64,000 nucleotides of DNA, taken from Octopus vulgaris. Its lineage: Eukaryota. This document shows positions 38,093-53,464 of the stretch, piece by piece (position 1 is the stretch's first letter; every line of letters begins with the position of its first letter). The notes below the pieces were generated by a model. The model saw only the letters and a list, made by a program, of their open reading frames with translations. It ran no database searches and was not told where the DNA came from. Where the stretch lies: the NCBI GenBank assembly GCA_951406725.2, contig OX597818.1, positions 310,001-374,000 on the forward strand, written 5' to 3'. The position numbers were made by a program, and so were the translations under genes.

Positions 38093-41000
38093 GGCAGAGG
38101 GTAAGTCAGTAACAGTTGTTACATGCTTATTGGTTAAAATATGAGTGATGAATTGTTATAGGAAAATGGTTAGTGGTAAGAGAGTGTGATGGATGTTGGT
38201 AAATAAGGGACCTGGGAGAGAAAGAATGATGTTTAACAAAACAGAAAAGTAGATAAAGAGGGTTTATATCAGATACAAACACAGATGATACCAACTCAAG
38301 CACTGTAATGTGTAAGAGCAAAAGTGTCAGAGTGACATAGATGGTGATAGAGATGGATTGAGTATGGAAAGAACTGCTTTACTTCATTACATTGACAAGA
38401 GCTTAATAACATGAAAAGATAAATATAAGGTCTCAATGTGTCTGCTTTACAGTTCAAAAATTGTAATAAGGCATTGTTGGGTGAAGGAATGGTTCAATAT
38501 TGATATGAAGTAAAAGTAGTGGAAAACCTTTACCTGATCATGATGATGGCAACAATGATGATAACAGATGATGATGAGGAGGAAGGGGAATATTTGAAAT
38601 GATTTTCATCAATTTTTATGCCAAGTGAAGAATCCACTTCTACATAAACTGTACAAATTGGATAAATTAAATTACCAAACTCTAAAGTATTGCTCAATTA
38701 ATTAACTTAAAAAAGTAATAAATAAAACAATGTTATAAAATAGAAAATCAATAAATTAATTTGCAATGGTTGCTGCTGCTGTTGTTGTTGTTAGATAGAG
38801 CAGATGTAAATGTGCAGGAAGTATGACTTTATATGTTACTATTTACAGTGAATCAAAACAAAGTGTCTCTCTTTCTCTCTTTTACATCACAGACTTCCAG
38901 ATGGTCTCTGTGGAATTGATATTTCTGGCAAAAAAAAATAATAATAATTGGGAATTTTTATTTATATTATTTTCAGCTGTTTTCTGGTTTTCCAGAATTT
39001 TATGGCTTACATGTAGCTGAAGAGCCAAAGAGAAGGCAGGGAATCACTTAACCTGCCAGAAATAATGGCCTAATCTCACCTAAATCACACTCTCCTGTCT
39101 TAAAAACAGAAGGGCACATTGGATAATGTCTTCCAGCATACAGTATAGCCAAAGCACTAAATAAAATATAATTCAGGATGGTAATGGCTATAATGACTTT
39201 TATCATACTTCTGCTTCAACATGGCCACCATGGATAAAAAGAAAAATAGTCTAGGGGAGCAACCTACATATTTCATATATAGAGAGCAGGATCTCATGTA
39301 TGCAATAGAGGAAGTTGCAAAACAGCTCCATTTATTGTTATTTGGTCTCTAATTTATATGCTAATGTTTTGGCATATCCACTTCGCCTCACAAATTATTT
39401 TATTTGCTAATTAAAGTTCGAAACCTGAGGTCCAGCTGTAAAACATAGTAAATGCTTCTTTTCATTCCCTTCAAAATTGCTCTTAACTGTGGTTTGGACA
39501 TTTTGACTGTTCTTTCTAGTATGTTAGGCAACCTGTTAAGGCTTGCCTCTTTGTGTACAAATGTACACTAATTTTTATATATATATACATACACATATAT
39601 ATACGGCACGTAAAAAGCACCCACTACACACATGGAGTGGTTGGCGTTAGGAAGAGCATCCAGATGTAGAAACACTGCCAGATCAGACTGGAGCCTGGTG
39701 CAGCCTTCTGGCTTCCCAGACCCCGGTCAAACTGTCCAACCCATCCTAGCATGGAAAACGGACGTGAAACGATGATGATGATGATATATATATACGTATA
39801 TATACACAAATATATACATATATATATACACACACACACACACACGCATATATACATCTATATACATACACACACATATATTTATATTAAGGGCATTACT
39901 ATACATAAATGCCTCACATTAGGAGGGACTCTTAAAGTGAAAGCTAAAATATATTTTGTAGTTTTCATTGATAAAATGCATATTTCTATCTGTTTGTTCT
40001 ATTTATTTAAGCCACGTCTTCACAAGTAAATTTATAAATGCTAAGTAATAAGTTTTTCGTTTTGAAATTTTTTAGTTCATAATATATCTTCGAAAAGATA
40101 AGTATACAATTTATTTAAGAAATAATAGTGTAATTTATATGATTATTTATTGAAAAATATGGATTTCTAATTTTTTTTATTTGTTAATTATAATTTAAAT
40201 ACGTACATTTATTTAATTATTCGTATTATTATAATTACTATATGTGAACTAAAATCTAAAAGTATTAAGTTTGGTTGCTCTGTGAATTAGGTTGTAACAT
40301 AAAATATTTTAGTATAGGTAGTGTAAAGTTTTTATATTTTGTACTATTGAATTTAATAATAGTAAGTACTTTTTACACAAATAAATTTATAGACGCTAAC
40401 TAATACATTTTTAGTTTTGAAATTTTTTGTTTTTAATTTCATAAATATCTTCAGAAAGATAAGTATACTATTTATTTAAGAAATAATGGTGTCATTTATT
40501 TATTTATATATTTATTGATTGAAAAAATATGGATTTCTAATTGCTTTATTTGTTAATTATAATTTAGATAATTTAGATTAAATTATTCTTATTATTATAA
40601 TGTTTTTTTCTTTATATACTATTGAATTTAATAATAATAATAAGTACTTTGTTTATTTTATCAATGAGTGAAATATTAGTTCTAGACATAAATTAATTTA
40701 CTTATATAAGTTTAAATTATTTGTGAATATATTGTTGAAATATATGCAAAATACTATTGCAGGGTTGTGGCTGCAATGTTGTTGATATAAGATATATTAT
40801 AAGTCTACACATGTTTTATATAGAGTTTAGTACATAGTTAGTATTGGATCAAATTAGATATTTATTTAATTAATAAATTAATATATAATTTATTTGATTA
40901 ATAAATATAGATTAAATTATAGTAATTTAGCTTAACTTAAGTATATGATTTATTTTAAGTATTTTTATTTTAATTAATTGGACTCTTTTATTTTTCCAGT

Positions 41001-41562
41001 AAAAATATACTATAGTTTGTTGAAATTATTCTCAAAGCTAAAATATATCTTCACAGATAAAATACATATTTGTATCTATTTACCCTATTTATTTTACCTT
41101 AGGTTTTTAACATGAGAAATGTATTATAGACACCTGGTCCTACTTTTTAAGTCTCAAATTTAGTTAATGGAGTTTCTTCTATAAGAAGAATTATGTTTTT
41201 ATTTCTTTAAGAAATATTGTTTAATTCTATTTAATTATTTATTAAAAATATGTATTTATTTAACTATCATTGTTATTATTGTTGACCTAAGGAGTGACTA
41301 TACTTTTAAATTGAATTGCTTTTAGATTAAATTTAAATTTAATTGTAATTCGAATTGAATTTGTAGCCACGAAATGTACGTAGTCTTTTTACTTATTATA
41401 TAATGTTTATGCATTATTATGTACTTTTTGTGATCTAGATATATATTTTATAATATATTTTATTTTTTCTATATATGGCTTATGTCTATCATATCATTGT
41501 TTGAATTAGATAATAGTGGTTTTTCTCTAATTTATATATATATATATATATTTTATATATAT

Positions 41563-41624
41563 GATTTTTGATTTTGATTTTTCCAGTTTCAGCTAATGAG
41601 CTGTGGCCATGCTGGGGCACCGCC

Positions 41625-41627
<3 letters not shown>
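41563..41627 (-). mobile_element. ~65 bp 3'-terminal stub of the CR1-group LINE within (TA)n
   Basis: AATGGCGGTGCCCCAGCATGGCCACAGCTCATTAGCTGAAACTGGAAAAATCAAAATCAAAAATC. Confidence 0.85.
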
Positions 41628-41686
<59 letters not shown>

Positions 41687-42800
41687 CACACACACACCCA
41701 TTCAGTACACATTCATCAATTTCTAGTAATTTAATGAATCAAGATGCATGGAAAGAAGAGTGTACCACTTTTTAAGACAGACTCAATTAGTGCAATGTCA
41801 CTGCCAAGGAGTAACAATGTGGAATCTGTTTTGTAACTAATGAGGCAGTCTATTCTTTTAACAAGTTTAAATCAATGGACTGTGACCATGCTGCAGCACT
41901 ATCTTCAGGGATGGGTTGACCCCAGTACTTATCTATTTACCTCAGAGGAAGTTGACAGACTGAGTGAATCCTATGGAATAAGAGGCAAATAGAAAGGACT
42001 TAATGCCACGAGGTATTTCTTTTTGAAGCAATGAATTTTTTTAACAATGTTCTCTCTCTCCCTCTCTCATACACACAGACAGAAGTGCACACATGTGTTC
42101 AACAAACTTTCAAACAGTTTACCACAAAGTACTGGCAAAGGCTAAGGTAGTAGGCACTTGCCTAAGGTGTCACACAAGTGGGATTGAACTCAGAACTATA
42201 ATTGAAAAGTGAACTTTTAACACCTTAAACAGCAAGAAAAGTTAGCATGAAAGTGTATACCAAAAGAAAACCAAAAAAATCCAAAATATCTTTTTTTCCT
42301 TAATGGTAATTTTTATACTTATTTTCACTTAAACAATTACAAAAAGTATGAAAATGATATTTTATCTCTCTTAGATTGTAAAAATAAAGACAAAAGAGCA
42401 ACAAATTCATTTGAGATTCTTGCATCATTGTAGTGAAACAAATGTACAAATAGAAAACAACCAGTGCACTTTTTCCATGCATCGAGAGCATCATCATCTG
42501 TCTTATTTGATGTTGGAAGAAAGTGAGAACAAAAAAAACTTTATCGCTGTATAAATCTTCCATTTGCAACTTGATTTCTCTCATCTGGAAAAGCTGCTTA
42601 CACTGTGGCAGATTTGGTGAAGCAGATGCTGTATCCATGTAAAATGTTTGAAATATCACTTGATGATGTCCACTGTTCTCTAATGAAACATCAATTGATG
42701 ATGTCTGCTGTTTAAGGATATAGCATGCAAACAACCTCCACAATGGATGTTGTAAATTGAAGTGATTAAAGAACATAAACAAGACAAGCATCCTACTTAC

Positions 42801-42893
42801 CTCTCGTGATTTATATTTATCAAGTAAAGTATTTTGGTTTTTGAGAATTTCTCCTCGAACAAGCTCCTTTTCTTGTTCAAATTTTGATTCCGA
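42801..42893 (-). CDS. PHLDB: Internal coding exon of a PHLDB/LL5-like gene (SESKFEQEKELVRGEILKNQNTLLDKYKSRE)
   Basis: ttttgtttcAG|TCG...GAG|GTAAGT; 93 nt, phase 0/0. Resembles RESR.EEE.E in the PHLDB coiled coil. Confidence 0.82.
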
Positions 42894-43787
42894 CTGAAAC
42901 AAAAATGAAATAAGGATTTCTAAAGCAGGCACACAACTTCAAGAGACAACAAACAAGATTGTGAGATGGTCATGCAATCCTCAACAGTATAAACATTGTA
43001 AATGAAGAGTGGAAATGGTGGATATACCTTGTTGCTGGCTCATTATTGTTACTCAACAGAGTTTAATTAATTTCTCTGACCATGAAAACATACAGTCACT
43101 GATAACATGTGTATTTACAAAATACACATAATTGTAAGTTTAATTTACATCTCTATTCTACAAAAAGGAATGAAACTTATTAAAATGGATTGCTTACCAA
43201 GTTAGAAGTATTGGGTTGGGGTGGATAAAAGAAGAAAATCAACCAATATGTGAGTCCTAGGTTCATTAGCTAGATGAAATCTGCACCTTAGCTAATTATC
43301 AATAGCAATCAGTAGAGATTATCAATACAGATTATGTAAAAATTACCATCAATATAGGTAGAGATTATCATCAATAGAGTCAAGGTTGAAGAGAAAGACC
43401 TATTATAGTGATGAAAAGGTTTTCTTCATACTATAGTCCAACAAATTCCTATTCCAAACATGAGAACTGTAACTAATATGGACTAACATCAGGGACTTTG
43501 CATGGGGTAGAAGAGTTAGGTGTTATCCCTTTTTCTTTTTTGTAATGTTTTGGTGGAAAAAGTTGAACATTTTGAAAATTATTTCATCTTAAGAAGTTTA
43601 GTTTTATGTAAAAAAGATTGAGTAAAAAGAAATAAAAGAAATTTGCTAAGTGGTGCAGACAGAGAGAGACAGTTATTACCTACAGCTTGTTAAAAAAGGG
43701 AAACTCATAACACCAGTAAAAGATCTCATGTTTGTGGGTTCTAGTTTTGACTACCAGTTGAATGACTTTGATTATGTTGCCAAAGAT

Positions 43788-43826
<39 letters not shown>

Positions 43827-44193
43827 CACACACACACGCACACAATATACAGAGAGAGGTGGTATACCATTCCAGCAAAATATCAGTAATCCTCTAATGT
43901 GGGTTGTATTAATACCTTGTAGAAGGCTGTAAACTACTCAGAAATGAAGTATTTTCTTGTCCTCAGGAAACGTCAACTTTGTGATGCACTCTTGGCTTAA
44001 GCTTATAAATGTATGGCCCTCAAGAAATGTGATCAGAGTGAGAGTGGTCTGATACGAAAAGCTCAAATCTTTCCTACGTCAAATCACTTCAACAGAATCA
44101 GAATTCATAGAAACATTGCTGACTGTTGACTTATATTTTGTAATATTACACATTAGGTTCTAACTAAAGGAAAAAACATTCAAAAATACACAC

Positions 44194-44385
44194 CTCTAAT
44201 TTTTCAAATTCTAAATTGTCAAAATATATTCGCTGATTATCAAGAACTTCATGCTCATTCTGATAACGTTCCAAAAGGTTGTCTTCATCTTCTACAATAC
44301 ATGCCTCTAATAATTGTTCTGTTTCATAATGTTTTTTCTCCAATTCTAGTAATTTCTTTTTTTCTACTTCTATCAGTTCAAGATC
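44194..44385 (-). CDS. PHLDB: Internal coding exon of a pleckstrin homology-like domain family B (LL5)-like gene
   Basis: ttcttttgcAG|GAT...GAG|GTgtgt; 192 nt, phase 0/0. It ends E.LD.QR..FDNLEFEKLE, matching the conserved PHLDB motif FEDLEFQQLE as I recall it. Confidence 0.82.
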
Positions 44386-45273
44386 CTGCAAAAGAAGAAA
44401 AACACCAACGATGTATTTGAATTAATTTTAAATTTAAAAATTACATTAACAGATACAAGAAGCTGTAATAGAATACACCAATAGATAACTGTAAAATAGG
44501 TTTCATATTCTGGCACAAGACCAGCAATTTCAGGAGAGTGGGTAAGCTGATTACGTTGATCTCAGTGTCCAACTGGTACTTATTTTATTGACCTTGAAAA
44601 GATGAAAGGCAAAGTTGACCTTGGCAGATCTTGAACTCAAACCATAAAGACAACGAAAATGCTGCTAAGCATTTTGCCCAGCATGATAACTGTTCTGTCA
44701 AATTGCTGCAGCATAACTTATATTGGAAGATTATATTTCAGTTTCTGATACTATATTTTTAAAACACTTTTGTCACCATATTTCTTTAGAATAATACACT
44801 ACTTGTATTTTACTTAATTTCAGAAATAAAGCAAAATTTAATAAAATAATTTTCTCATTATTAAGCTGGTTGGTGTTTAAAACATTAACATGGAATTTTG
44901 ATGAAAAGTTTTCAATTTACATTGCTTTAAAATAGGAAATTTGTATCACAGAACCAAGGTCAGTCTGAAGTGATTGGTATTGAAAGGATTAAAACTGACT
45001 ACATTAGAATTTTAAGAACAATTTCGTTTTTTTTTTTCAAAATAAATATTTCTAATTTGCTTTAGAATTCTAATAAGCTGACTAGACAAAATTAAGCTAG
45101 TTTAATTACTATTTTGTTCTTCACTTTATGAAAAGAAATTTGGAATATAATCCAAAGATTTACAAAAATAAATAAAAATGTATACAATTTTGTAAGAAAA
45201 TAATATATATATTATAATTTTTTTTATAGATCTAACAAAACCAAATTAATTTTGATTTTGCTTAATTAATATT

Positions 45274-45428
45274 CTTTTCTACTCTAAGCACAAGGCCCAA
45301 AATTTTGGGAGAGGGGCCAGTCGATTAATTTATCAACCCCAAGAGGATAAAAGCTAACCATGGCAGAATTTGAACTCAGAATGTAAAGACAGACAAAATA
45401 CCGCTAACATTTCTGCCAGCTCACAGCC
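45274..45428 (-). mobile_element. Internally deleted SINE with an 18-bp TSD
   Basis: TTTTGCTTAATTAATATT at 45256-45273 and 45429-45446; body homologous to 13613-13823. Confidence 0.8.
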
Positions 45429-47245
45429 TTTTGCTTAATTAATATTAAATCTAAAACTGATACAATCAAGGCTGACGAAATTTGGAAAATTTAACAGAAT
45501 AAAAGAAAAAATAAGGGGGTGATGGACAAACAGTAAAGTACTGATAAATGATTTCATTGAAGTTTATTTCAAGTCTTTTGTTTTACCAAAAGCTATCTAT
45601 CTACACACATACACATGTATCTTTCTCTCTCTCATATACACACACACACATATATATATGTATATATATATAGGCACATACACTCACATATGTATATATA
45701 TATAGAGAGAGAGAGACACACATACACACATGCATATATATATATAATTTAAACAAACATTTTAACTAACCTAAACTTTGCTTATGCCTGAACACTGCTT
45801 GGCATTGATATTAAGGTAATTTCCATAACCTTGGCGGTCTACTGGTGCAAATCAGTCAATTTTGTTGACTGTATTTTAGTTAAAGCTATGCTTTGATAAG
45901 GTCTGTCTAGAGTTGCTTCTCTGAAGTATTTCCAATTGATAATGACTAAAGAGCTAGTTGAAATGTATCACAAGCATATTTTAACTAACCTAAACTTTGC
46001 TTATACATATATATTCTTTTGTTTGTTTCCCTCAGTTGACTGTGGTCATGCTGGAGCACCAGCTTGAAGGGTTTTAGTTGAGCAAATTGTCCCCATGACT
46101 TATTTTTGAAGTCTGGCACTTATTTTATCAGTCACTTTTGCCAAAAGTTATGGGGATGTAAACACACCAACACTAGTTGTCAAGCAGTGATGGGAGGACA
46201 AACAGACAAGGCTTCTTGCTCAAGGTACCACAATGGGACTAAACCCAGAAACATGTCGTTGGGAAGCAAGCTTCTTACCACACACCTAGGCCTGCACTTG
46301 TATATATGAGATTTAAAAAATTTTTGGATTGAATTGTTCATAACAGATAACTTTTAACAAATACACCCAAACTCATCAATTTTACAATTGATATAGCCTT
46401 AGAGTGGTTTGTTTTGTTTTTGCATATCTTTTTTTATTGTTTGTTGGTTTATATTTGTTATTTATTTACAACATTCACGTCCAAAGGCATAAAAATACAT
46501 TTTATTTATTCACACTCAAATTTTATCATTAAAATCCCACCTACCCCATTTTCTTTTGTTCTGTTAAATTGTTTTGTGGCTTTTATATAAAAACAAATCA
46601 ATTTAATTTTTAAACTAGTTAGTAAAAATTTGATTCAACCAAAGAATTATACAAGGTTGATATTATATATATATATATATATATAACTGAAGAAATTGGA
46701 GTCAGAAAGAAGGAGTATGGTTGGACATTTATTTATTATTCACAACAATTCTTTTCGATGCAATGTAGTTCTCCAAGAATACAGGTACTTGACTACACAA
46801 CTGATTGTTTGCATAATGAGATCTAGTTGTGTTTCCTCCAGTGATATGTGAGTGTTGTCTACATTAGTTTAAAATCTTCTACTTCAAGGCCTTCTTTGTT
46901 TGTTATGGTTTGAATGTATTAGTGCCTTGCATACATATTATGGTGTATGCCATGAGAGTGCATTTGTCAGGCTGCTATGTATGACAGTGGATGGTACTGG
47001 CTGGCATTTAAATGTTCTATTTGGTTGTATCTCTGATATGCCCTTTGTGGTTGGCTGCACATGTTAATTTCTAAAGCTGGCCATTACATACACACATACA
47101 GTCTCACACACAAACTCGTGTATACTTTTCATATTCACACACGATGAATGCCCAGATATAAACTTGGAAGTATATAATCTTACTACTGATAGCACTGGGT
47201 AATTCTGAAGGTGGATGAGCCGACTCTATCATGTTTCTAAAGGTG

Positions 47246-47304
<59 letters not shown>

Positions 47305-49257
47305 CAACACTTTTTATTCTTTTCAAGAGATAACTTCTTTTTATTAAAGACACTCTTGAGAAATGAAACTGGAATGTACAATAGACATTTTATATCACGT
47401 GGTGAAAAATAATGTTGCCAATGGTTATAGCACTCCAATAAATCAATTACTGGTTCACTGTATTTCTGTTGGTAATAGTGACAAAAGAGTGTTCATAACT
47501 CAATGCTGAACAAATATCACAAAGCATTCTAATGGGAGAGTAGAGGTTTTCCTTTTTTGGGGGGGATGATGTTTACATCATAATTATACATTGGCAAAAT
47601 ACACACATACATGCTATGAACTTGCACATAGTTTCCAGCCACCAATTTTCACTCATATGATATTGATCAACACAAGACACTTCCTAAGATGTCGTGCAAT
47701 TGGAACAAACACGGAACCATGTGGTTGCAAAGTAAATTCTTTACCACACATGCCATGCCAGCAAACATCAAATTAGGAAGAAAATATTAGAAATCAGGTA
47801 ACAGAGAAGATTTCTTGATAATAATGGCAATTGTGAAGTTATCAGACTGTTAGCAACATTATCAAAGACATAGGAAAACAAAAAAAATTATTTAGATCTA
47901 CAAGAGAAAAATGCCTCATTATGAGTATATAAGCAAAGTCTTAATGCAGTGATAAATATAATGACAATAAACAAACAAAAAGTAAAAATTTGAAAGTGAA
48001 AGTGGAGTGAAGTACAGAGATGAGGTATAGATATAATTAGAAATTAAGAAGGAATGGATGTAATTAGAAAGTAAGTGAATTGCAAAGATTTCAATTGGAA
48101 GCAAAATAATAATAATAATAATGTAATATATTGAGAAAACCATTTCAATGAGGTGAGGTGGCTGGGAAGGAAATAAAAGCTTATATTTCTAGTAAAAATA
48201 AATAAATAAATGATTATTGATTATGATCATGAGAGATATTTAATTATTTCCTTTTGATTAACAGGGATAGAGGTAGAAGTGAGGGCAGTGCAGAGGAAAA
48301 TGTCTTTACTCAACATGAATAATTTATCAAAAGCACTTGAAAATATTTCAGAGTAAATCATTTATTTACTGATATATCATTCATTATTTTACTGATACTA
48401 TTCTCTCAGATATTTCTTTCCAAGTCATAATTGTCATATATTAAAAAATTTCGTCGATGAAAGTTATGTCAAATTGGTCCCATGATGAAGTTTTAATTCA
48501 TTCCAGCTGCACCCTAGTAACTTCATCTGCACTGCTTTTTATGAGGATCTGTATAGCTCCTCTACAAAAAGGAAACCTATTCCTTCCTGTACCATTTTCT
48601 CATACTGTAACCTTCATCTTGCAGCATAAAGCCACGCCCCTCTCATAGCTCCACTTAGTTAAAAGAGATCTTAGTCTTGCAGGCTGCATGATGACCTCAA
48701 TGATGTTGGTGCATATGAAAAAAAGCATCTATTTATATGCTGTAAAGTGTTGGTTTTACGAAGAGCATTCAGCTGCAGAAACTTTGCCAAAACAGACAAT
48801 GGAGCATTATGTAGCGCTTGGTCCCATTGCATTCTGTCAATCAATCCTGCCCATGTCAGCAGAGAAGATGGCATTAAATGATGTTGATGATGATGAAAGT
48901 AGTGGGCATGCAATTGATTTTTGTTATTGGAGTAATAATAGTACCAATAACCTTTGGAGATGGTTATCTTGAGTCAAATGGAGTGGAGGAAGGGGAAGAA
49001 AATAATGTTTAATGAGGAATCAAGGGAGGTACAAAGGGAGCATGAAAGGAATATGTTGACTGGAATGGAAAGAATATGCAAAGTAGTTGAGAAAAATGTC
49101 ACTGTAGTAGTGGTAGAAAAGGTAGAATGAAGAGAAAATGTGTCTATAATTATAACAATGCCGAATGAATCTTTGTCTTTCAGTAGATGGCTTATGTAAG
49201 TACCACAAGCAGCAGCAACACCAACCCAGATATGCAAACAACATAGACCATTGAGAT

Positions 49258-49316
<59 letters not shown>

Positions 49317-50061
49317 GAGGGAAGTATGGTCAAATGGTTAAGAAGTTTGCTTCCCAATAACAAGGTCACATGTCCTATCCAGCTTTATGACATACTCGAT
49401 AAATGTCATTTAAAAGAGCCTTAAATCAATTCAAACCTTGAGTGAAATTGTATAGGGAGAAACTGTATAGAAACCCAGTGGGAGAAAATGCATGACTGTA
49501 TTTAACAGGTACATCCTCATTACATTTTGTGTTGCATTGATTCTGTTTGAGAATAAATTTAAGGGTATACATGTCTGTGACATACTCTGTCACTTGTGTG
49601 TTAATTCAGGAGCAGGTAATTCAATTGGTTGAACAGCTGAATTCACATTGCCGATAGACAGAGATCCTTTCCACACACAAATATATATACATATATACAA
49701 GCATGGCTGTATGGTAAGAAGCTTACTTCCCAACCAGATGGTTCCGGGTTCAGTTCCATTGTGTGACCCCTTGGGTAAGTGTCTACTATAGACTCAAGCA
49801 GACCAAAGCCTTGTGAGTGGATTTGGTAGATGGAAACTGAAAGAAGCCTGTAGTATATATATGTGTGTGTGTAGTATATATATATACATATACATACACA
49901 CATATCTATATCTATCAATCTATCTAACTATCTATCTATATATATATATATATATAATATTAATTGTCTCTAATTAATATTATATAATATTTTACTATAA
50001 AATTGGATTTAATCCTAAATCTGATTTTTTCCCTGTAAATTTGGATTTATTCCCTAATATT

Positions 50062-50112
<51 letters not shown>

Positions 50113-51586
50113 TGAAGTACTTTTCATTTATGTTCGTGAAATCACGAAAGATATATAGTAAGACTTTTATCTGCTTCAAGGAGCACCTATAATCACCAGA
50201 AGTCAACTTTATCCAAAAACTTTATAGACATTGAAGTTTGATACAATCAACAGATCAGGAAATAAGAATTATGCATTCTTAATTGATTGACACAGGTAAA
50301 TCAATCAACCTCTACTGAAAGTATAACACACACACAGTGTGTAGAATTTATGCTATAGAATTGATCAGCCAGGCGGAGGTGTGGTGACAGCCATTGATGT
50401 GTAACATCTGTTTTCTAATCCAGTCTGTCTTTTTGAAGGTTGAAGTAACTGTTCTTTTGGTACATGGTAGCCTTGAATCTAGCACATTGTCTGAGTTTAG
50501 TGTGTCTACTGATGCGGCAGTGTGTGAAAAGAGAAAGATACACACATGTTTCTATACTGTAAATGTAGAGTGGTTCTGTAATGAAGGAATACAGAGAATA
50601 AAGTCAAATGAAGACTTGGCTGGTAAATGTTGTTGGTTTCATAGAGAGATAAGGAAGTGACAAGTAAAACTGCAGATATGGGAAAAATTTGAAGGAAAAA
50701 CAACAGACAGCAGTCTTCTGGAATATATTACATCTTATTTGCAGATTGGATAAGAGAACAAGATTTCAGCATAAAGTAAGATAAGCATGCTGGGAAAATG
50801 AGAGAGAAAGGGAGAGATAAAAAAAAAAATCTCCCTCACGCTTTCTCTCTCTGTACATGTGTATTTATATATAGAGAGAAGGAGTTAGCACACTGATAGA
50901 GATTACAAATAGAGTTGGTAAGCAAAAGAGATGATATATACAAGAAATAAATTTTTTTCTGCCATAACAATAGGCCACCATGAGGTAAGATAAAATATGT
51001 AATAGATGGCAAGTGGTTCATTGTGGTGACTCATTGGTGGACAATAATTCTCAAGATAAACAGCCTGGCAGAGAAAGAGAAAAATATTCACACACTTATC
51101 TATTTATTATATTTTAATTTTTTAAAAGAAATTTGATGCAAAGAGTTAAGGAGAGGATTATTCTTGACAAAAGAAATTGGGAAATTCTTCATAAAAAATA
51201 ATTACTATTTATTTTTTAAAGAAAACTAGGTAAACAACTAGAGAGAGGATATTTCTATAATCCAGAGTTAGAATTTCATCCTTGGAATTTTAATTAGATA
51301 CAAACAAAAAAGAAGGAACAATAAGTTATACATCTTCATTCTCTGATACAATGTGTGTCTAGAATGTATTCTGATGATTCTATCATAGTGACAGTTCAGT
51401 TTATGTACAAAAACTTTGTTAAACTACTCCAGTTTAGAATAACCAAGGTATAAACACACATGCACATGTATGATGTAAACTTTTATTTTGTGCCAAATAT
51501 TGCCACTGGCATAACCAATTATATGCCACAATCAGTAATAATTTGTTTGATCTTATAATACACACAGGCAATTATATACATATATA

Positions 51587-51647
<61 letters not shown>

Positions 51648-53293
51648 TAAACCAGATATGTTCTTTTTTTCTCTTCATTTTCGTTTTCCTCTCTCCATCT
51701 GTTTTCTCTTCTCGTTCTTTTCTGTAAAAGTGCATAAGCTCAAAATGTCAGTTTTTCCTGAGTGTCAAATTAATACACCCTGTTTGTTGTTCCCTCATCT
51801 GTCTCAATCTTTTGACATTTATACAATTTTGAACCCTATAATACTTGTACATATGGGGTAACTAGACTTCAAATAACCCAAAATAAAAGTTATTTTGATA
51901 AAATAAGTTTTGCTTTTCAAAAATTTCCCTCCAGCTAATTTCCCTGCTATTGCAAATTAACCGTTGCTTTGATGTTTTCAATATGTGAAGGCAGTTGTGA
52001 AATTGAAGGGGTTATGCTTGGTTTGGTAGACTGCAGTTGATAGGGGGAGAGGAAGAAGAAACTCAGTTTAGAGAAGCAACATTCAAGACCTGAGAAGTGA
52101 CAGTATAAATATTGGAGAGACAAGACAGAGCTGATACAACCAATTAGCTCTGATTTCAATGACATTTCAGCATTGTATAAAGAGAACTCTATATGGGACT
52201 GGGATAATAGTTGTAGCAATACAAGTGAGGGTTTTAGAAATTATAAAGTCAAAGTATTAAAGTTCAAATTTAAAAGAGAACATTGAACTACAGTCATGCT
52301 TGGGTCTACTTATACTAGATTCTAAAACTTCATCATAAATACATTTAAAAGCATTTTTTTATACAGTTTCCATACACACACAAACCAGCTATAGATCATG
52401 GAAACACATATACAAACAATAGATGCACATATACATTTATAAATACTATAAATATATATACATATGCTATAGACACACATACACAAACAGATTTTAGTAA
52501 CACATATAGATACCATATGCACACATAAATGGAGACTACAGAAACATATAGATATTATGGATACATATAGACTTAAGATACATATATAGGCTATAGGTAT
52601 ACATATACAGCCTTGGCGTTCCTATTTTGATAATGTTTACCACACTTCAGCCATAACTATTTGATAGAGAAAGCATCAGCATATCAAGGGATAACAAACC
52701 AATGTGGCAAACCTCTACAGGATTTCTTAATCTGCTAGAAATAGCAGCCAAATCCCTGCTAAATCCCAACCATACTGTCACAAAAATATAATGGACACAG
52801 CTGGGATACCTTTGGTTAAATCTACTTGATCAGAGGTAACCTGGGGCTAATCAGGAAATAGGATATTGGAGTATCAATATTACCATCTTTATTTTATTGG
52901 TCAAGTGAAGCTAAGCCTTGTGAGTGAAAATGGTTACAAGTCTTTGAGTAGATCATACATTGTACCTGTTTATGGGTGGACTGGGTAGATTGTACCTGTT
53001 AATAGGTAGAAATCTCAATCTATTGTCTGGTTCAACACTATCTGGAACTTTAGGTGTCAAGCTAACTACTCTCATCCCACCAGGTCCAACCCATATAATA
53101 AAAACAAAAGTAGATAATTAAGTGTGGAGTAAGTTGTTCCATCCTATTAACGAGTGAAAGGACACAACACACATACACAATGGCAGAAATCTGATAGATC
53201 CAAGTATGAGAAAGTCTGTAAACACCATGCACAATGTAGTTATCATAGCCACAGTGCTTTATTCTTAGAAAGAGACATAGAAGCGACAGAGAA

Positions 53294-53326
<33 letters not shown>

Positions 53327-53464
53327 GCAGCAGCAGCAATAAAACTAGTAGTAAGTAGTAGTAATGATAACAATAATTGAAACCATTTTTTGTGTATGGA
53401 GCAGACATGAAGTTGATATGTAATGTTACAAATCAAAAATGAACAAGACCAGGCATATACCTAC

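Noticed and set aside
38534-38650. Possible minus-strand exon ending CAG|GTAAAG
   Set aside because: It lies between two exons that already join in phase and in homology. The candidate is phase-incompatible and low-complexity.
42300-42800. C-terminal part of the 210-aa ORF 42300-42932
   Set aside because: It is read-through past a canonical GTAAGT donor at 42800 into intron; only 42801-42893 is supported.
46690-47080. Third Penelope 3' remnant on the minus strand
   Set aside because: Only a faint resemblance (..ALIHS/YIQTITNKEGL..) and a broken core; too decayed to support.
50348-50545. Short ORF as a host exon
   Set aside because: No convincing acceptor/donor pair and no similarity to PHLDB recognised.
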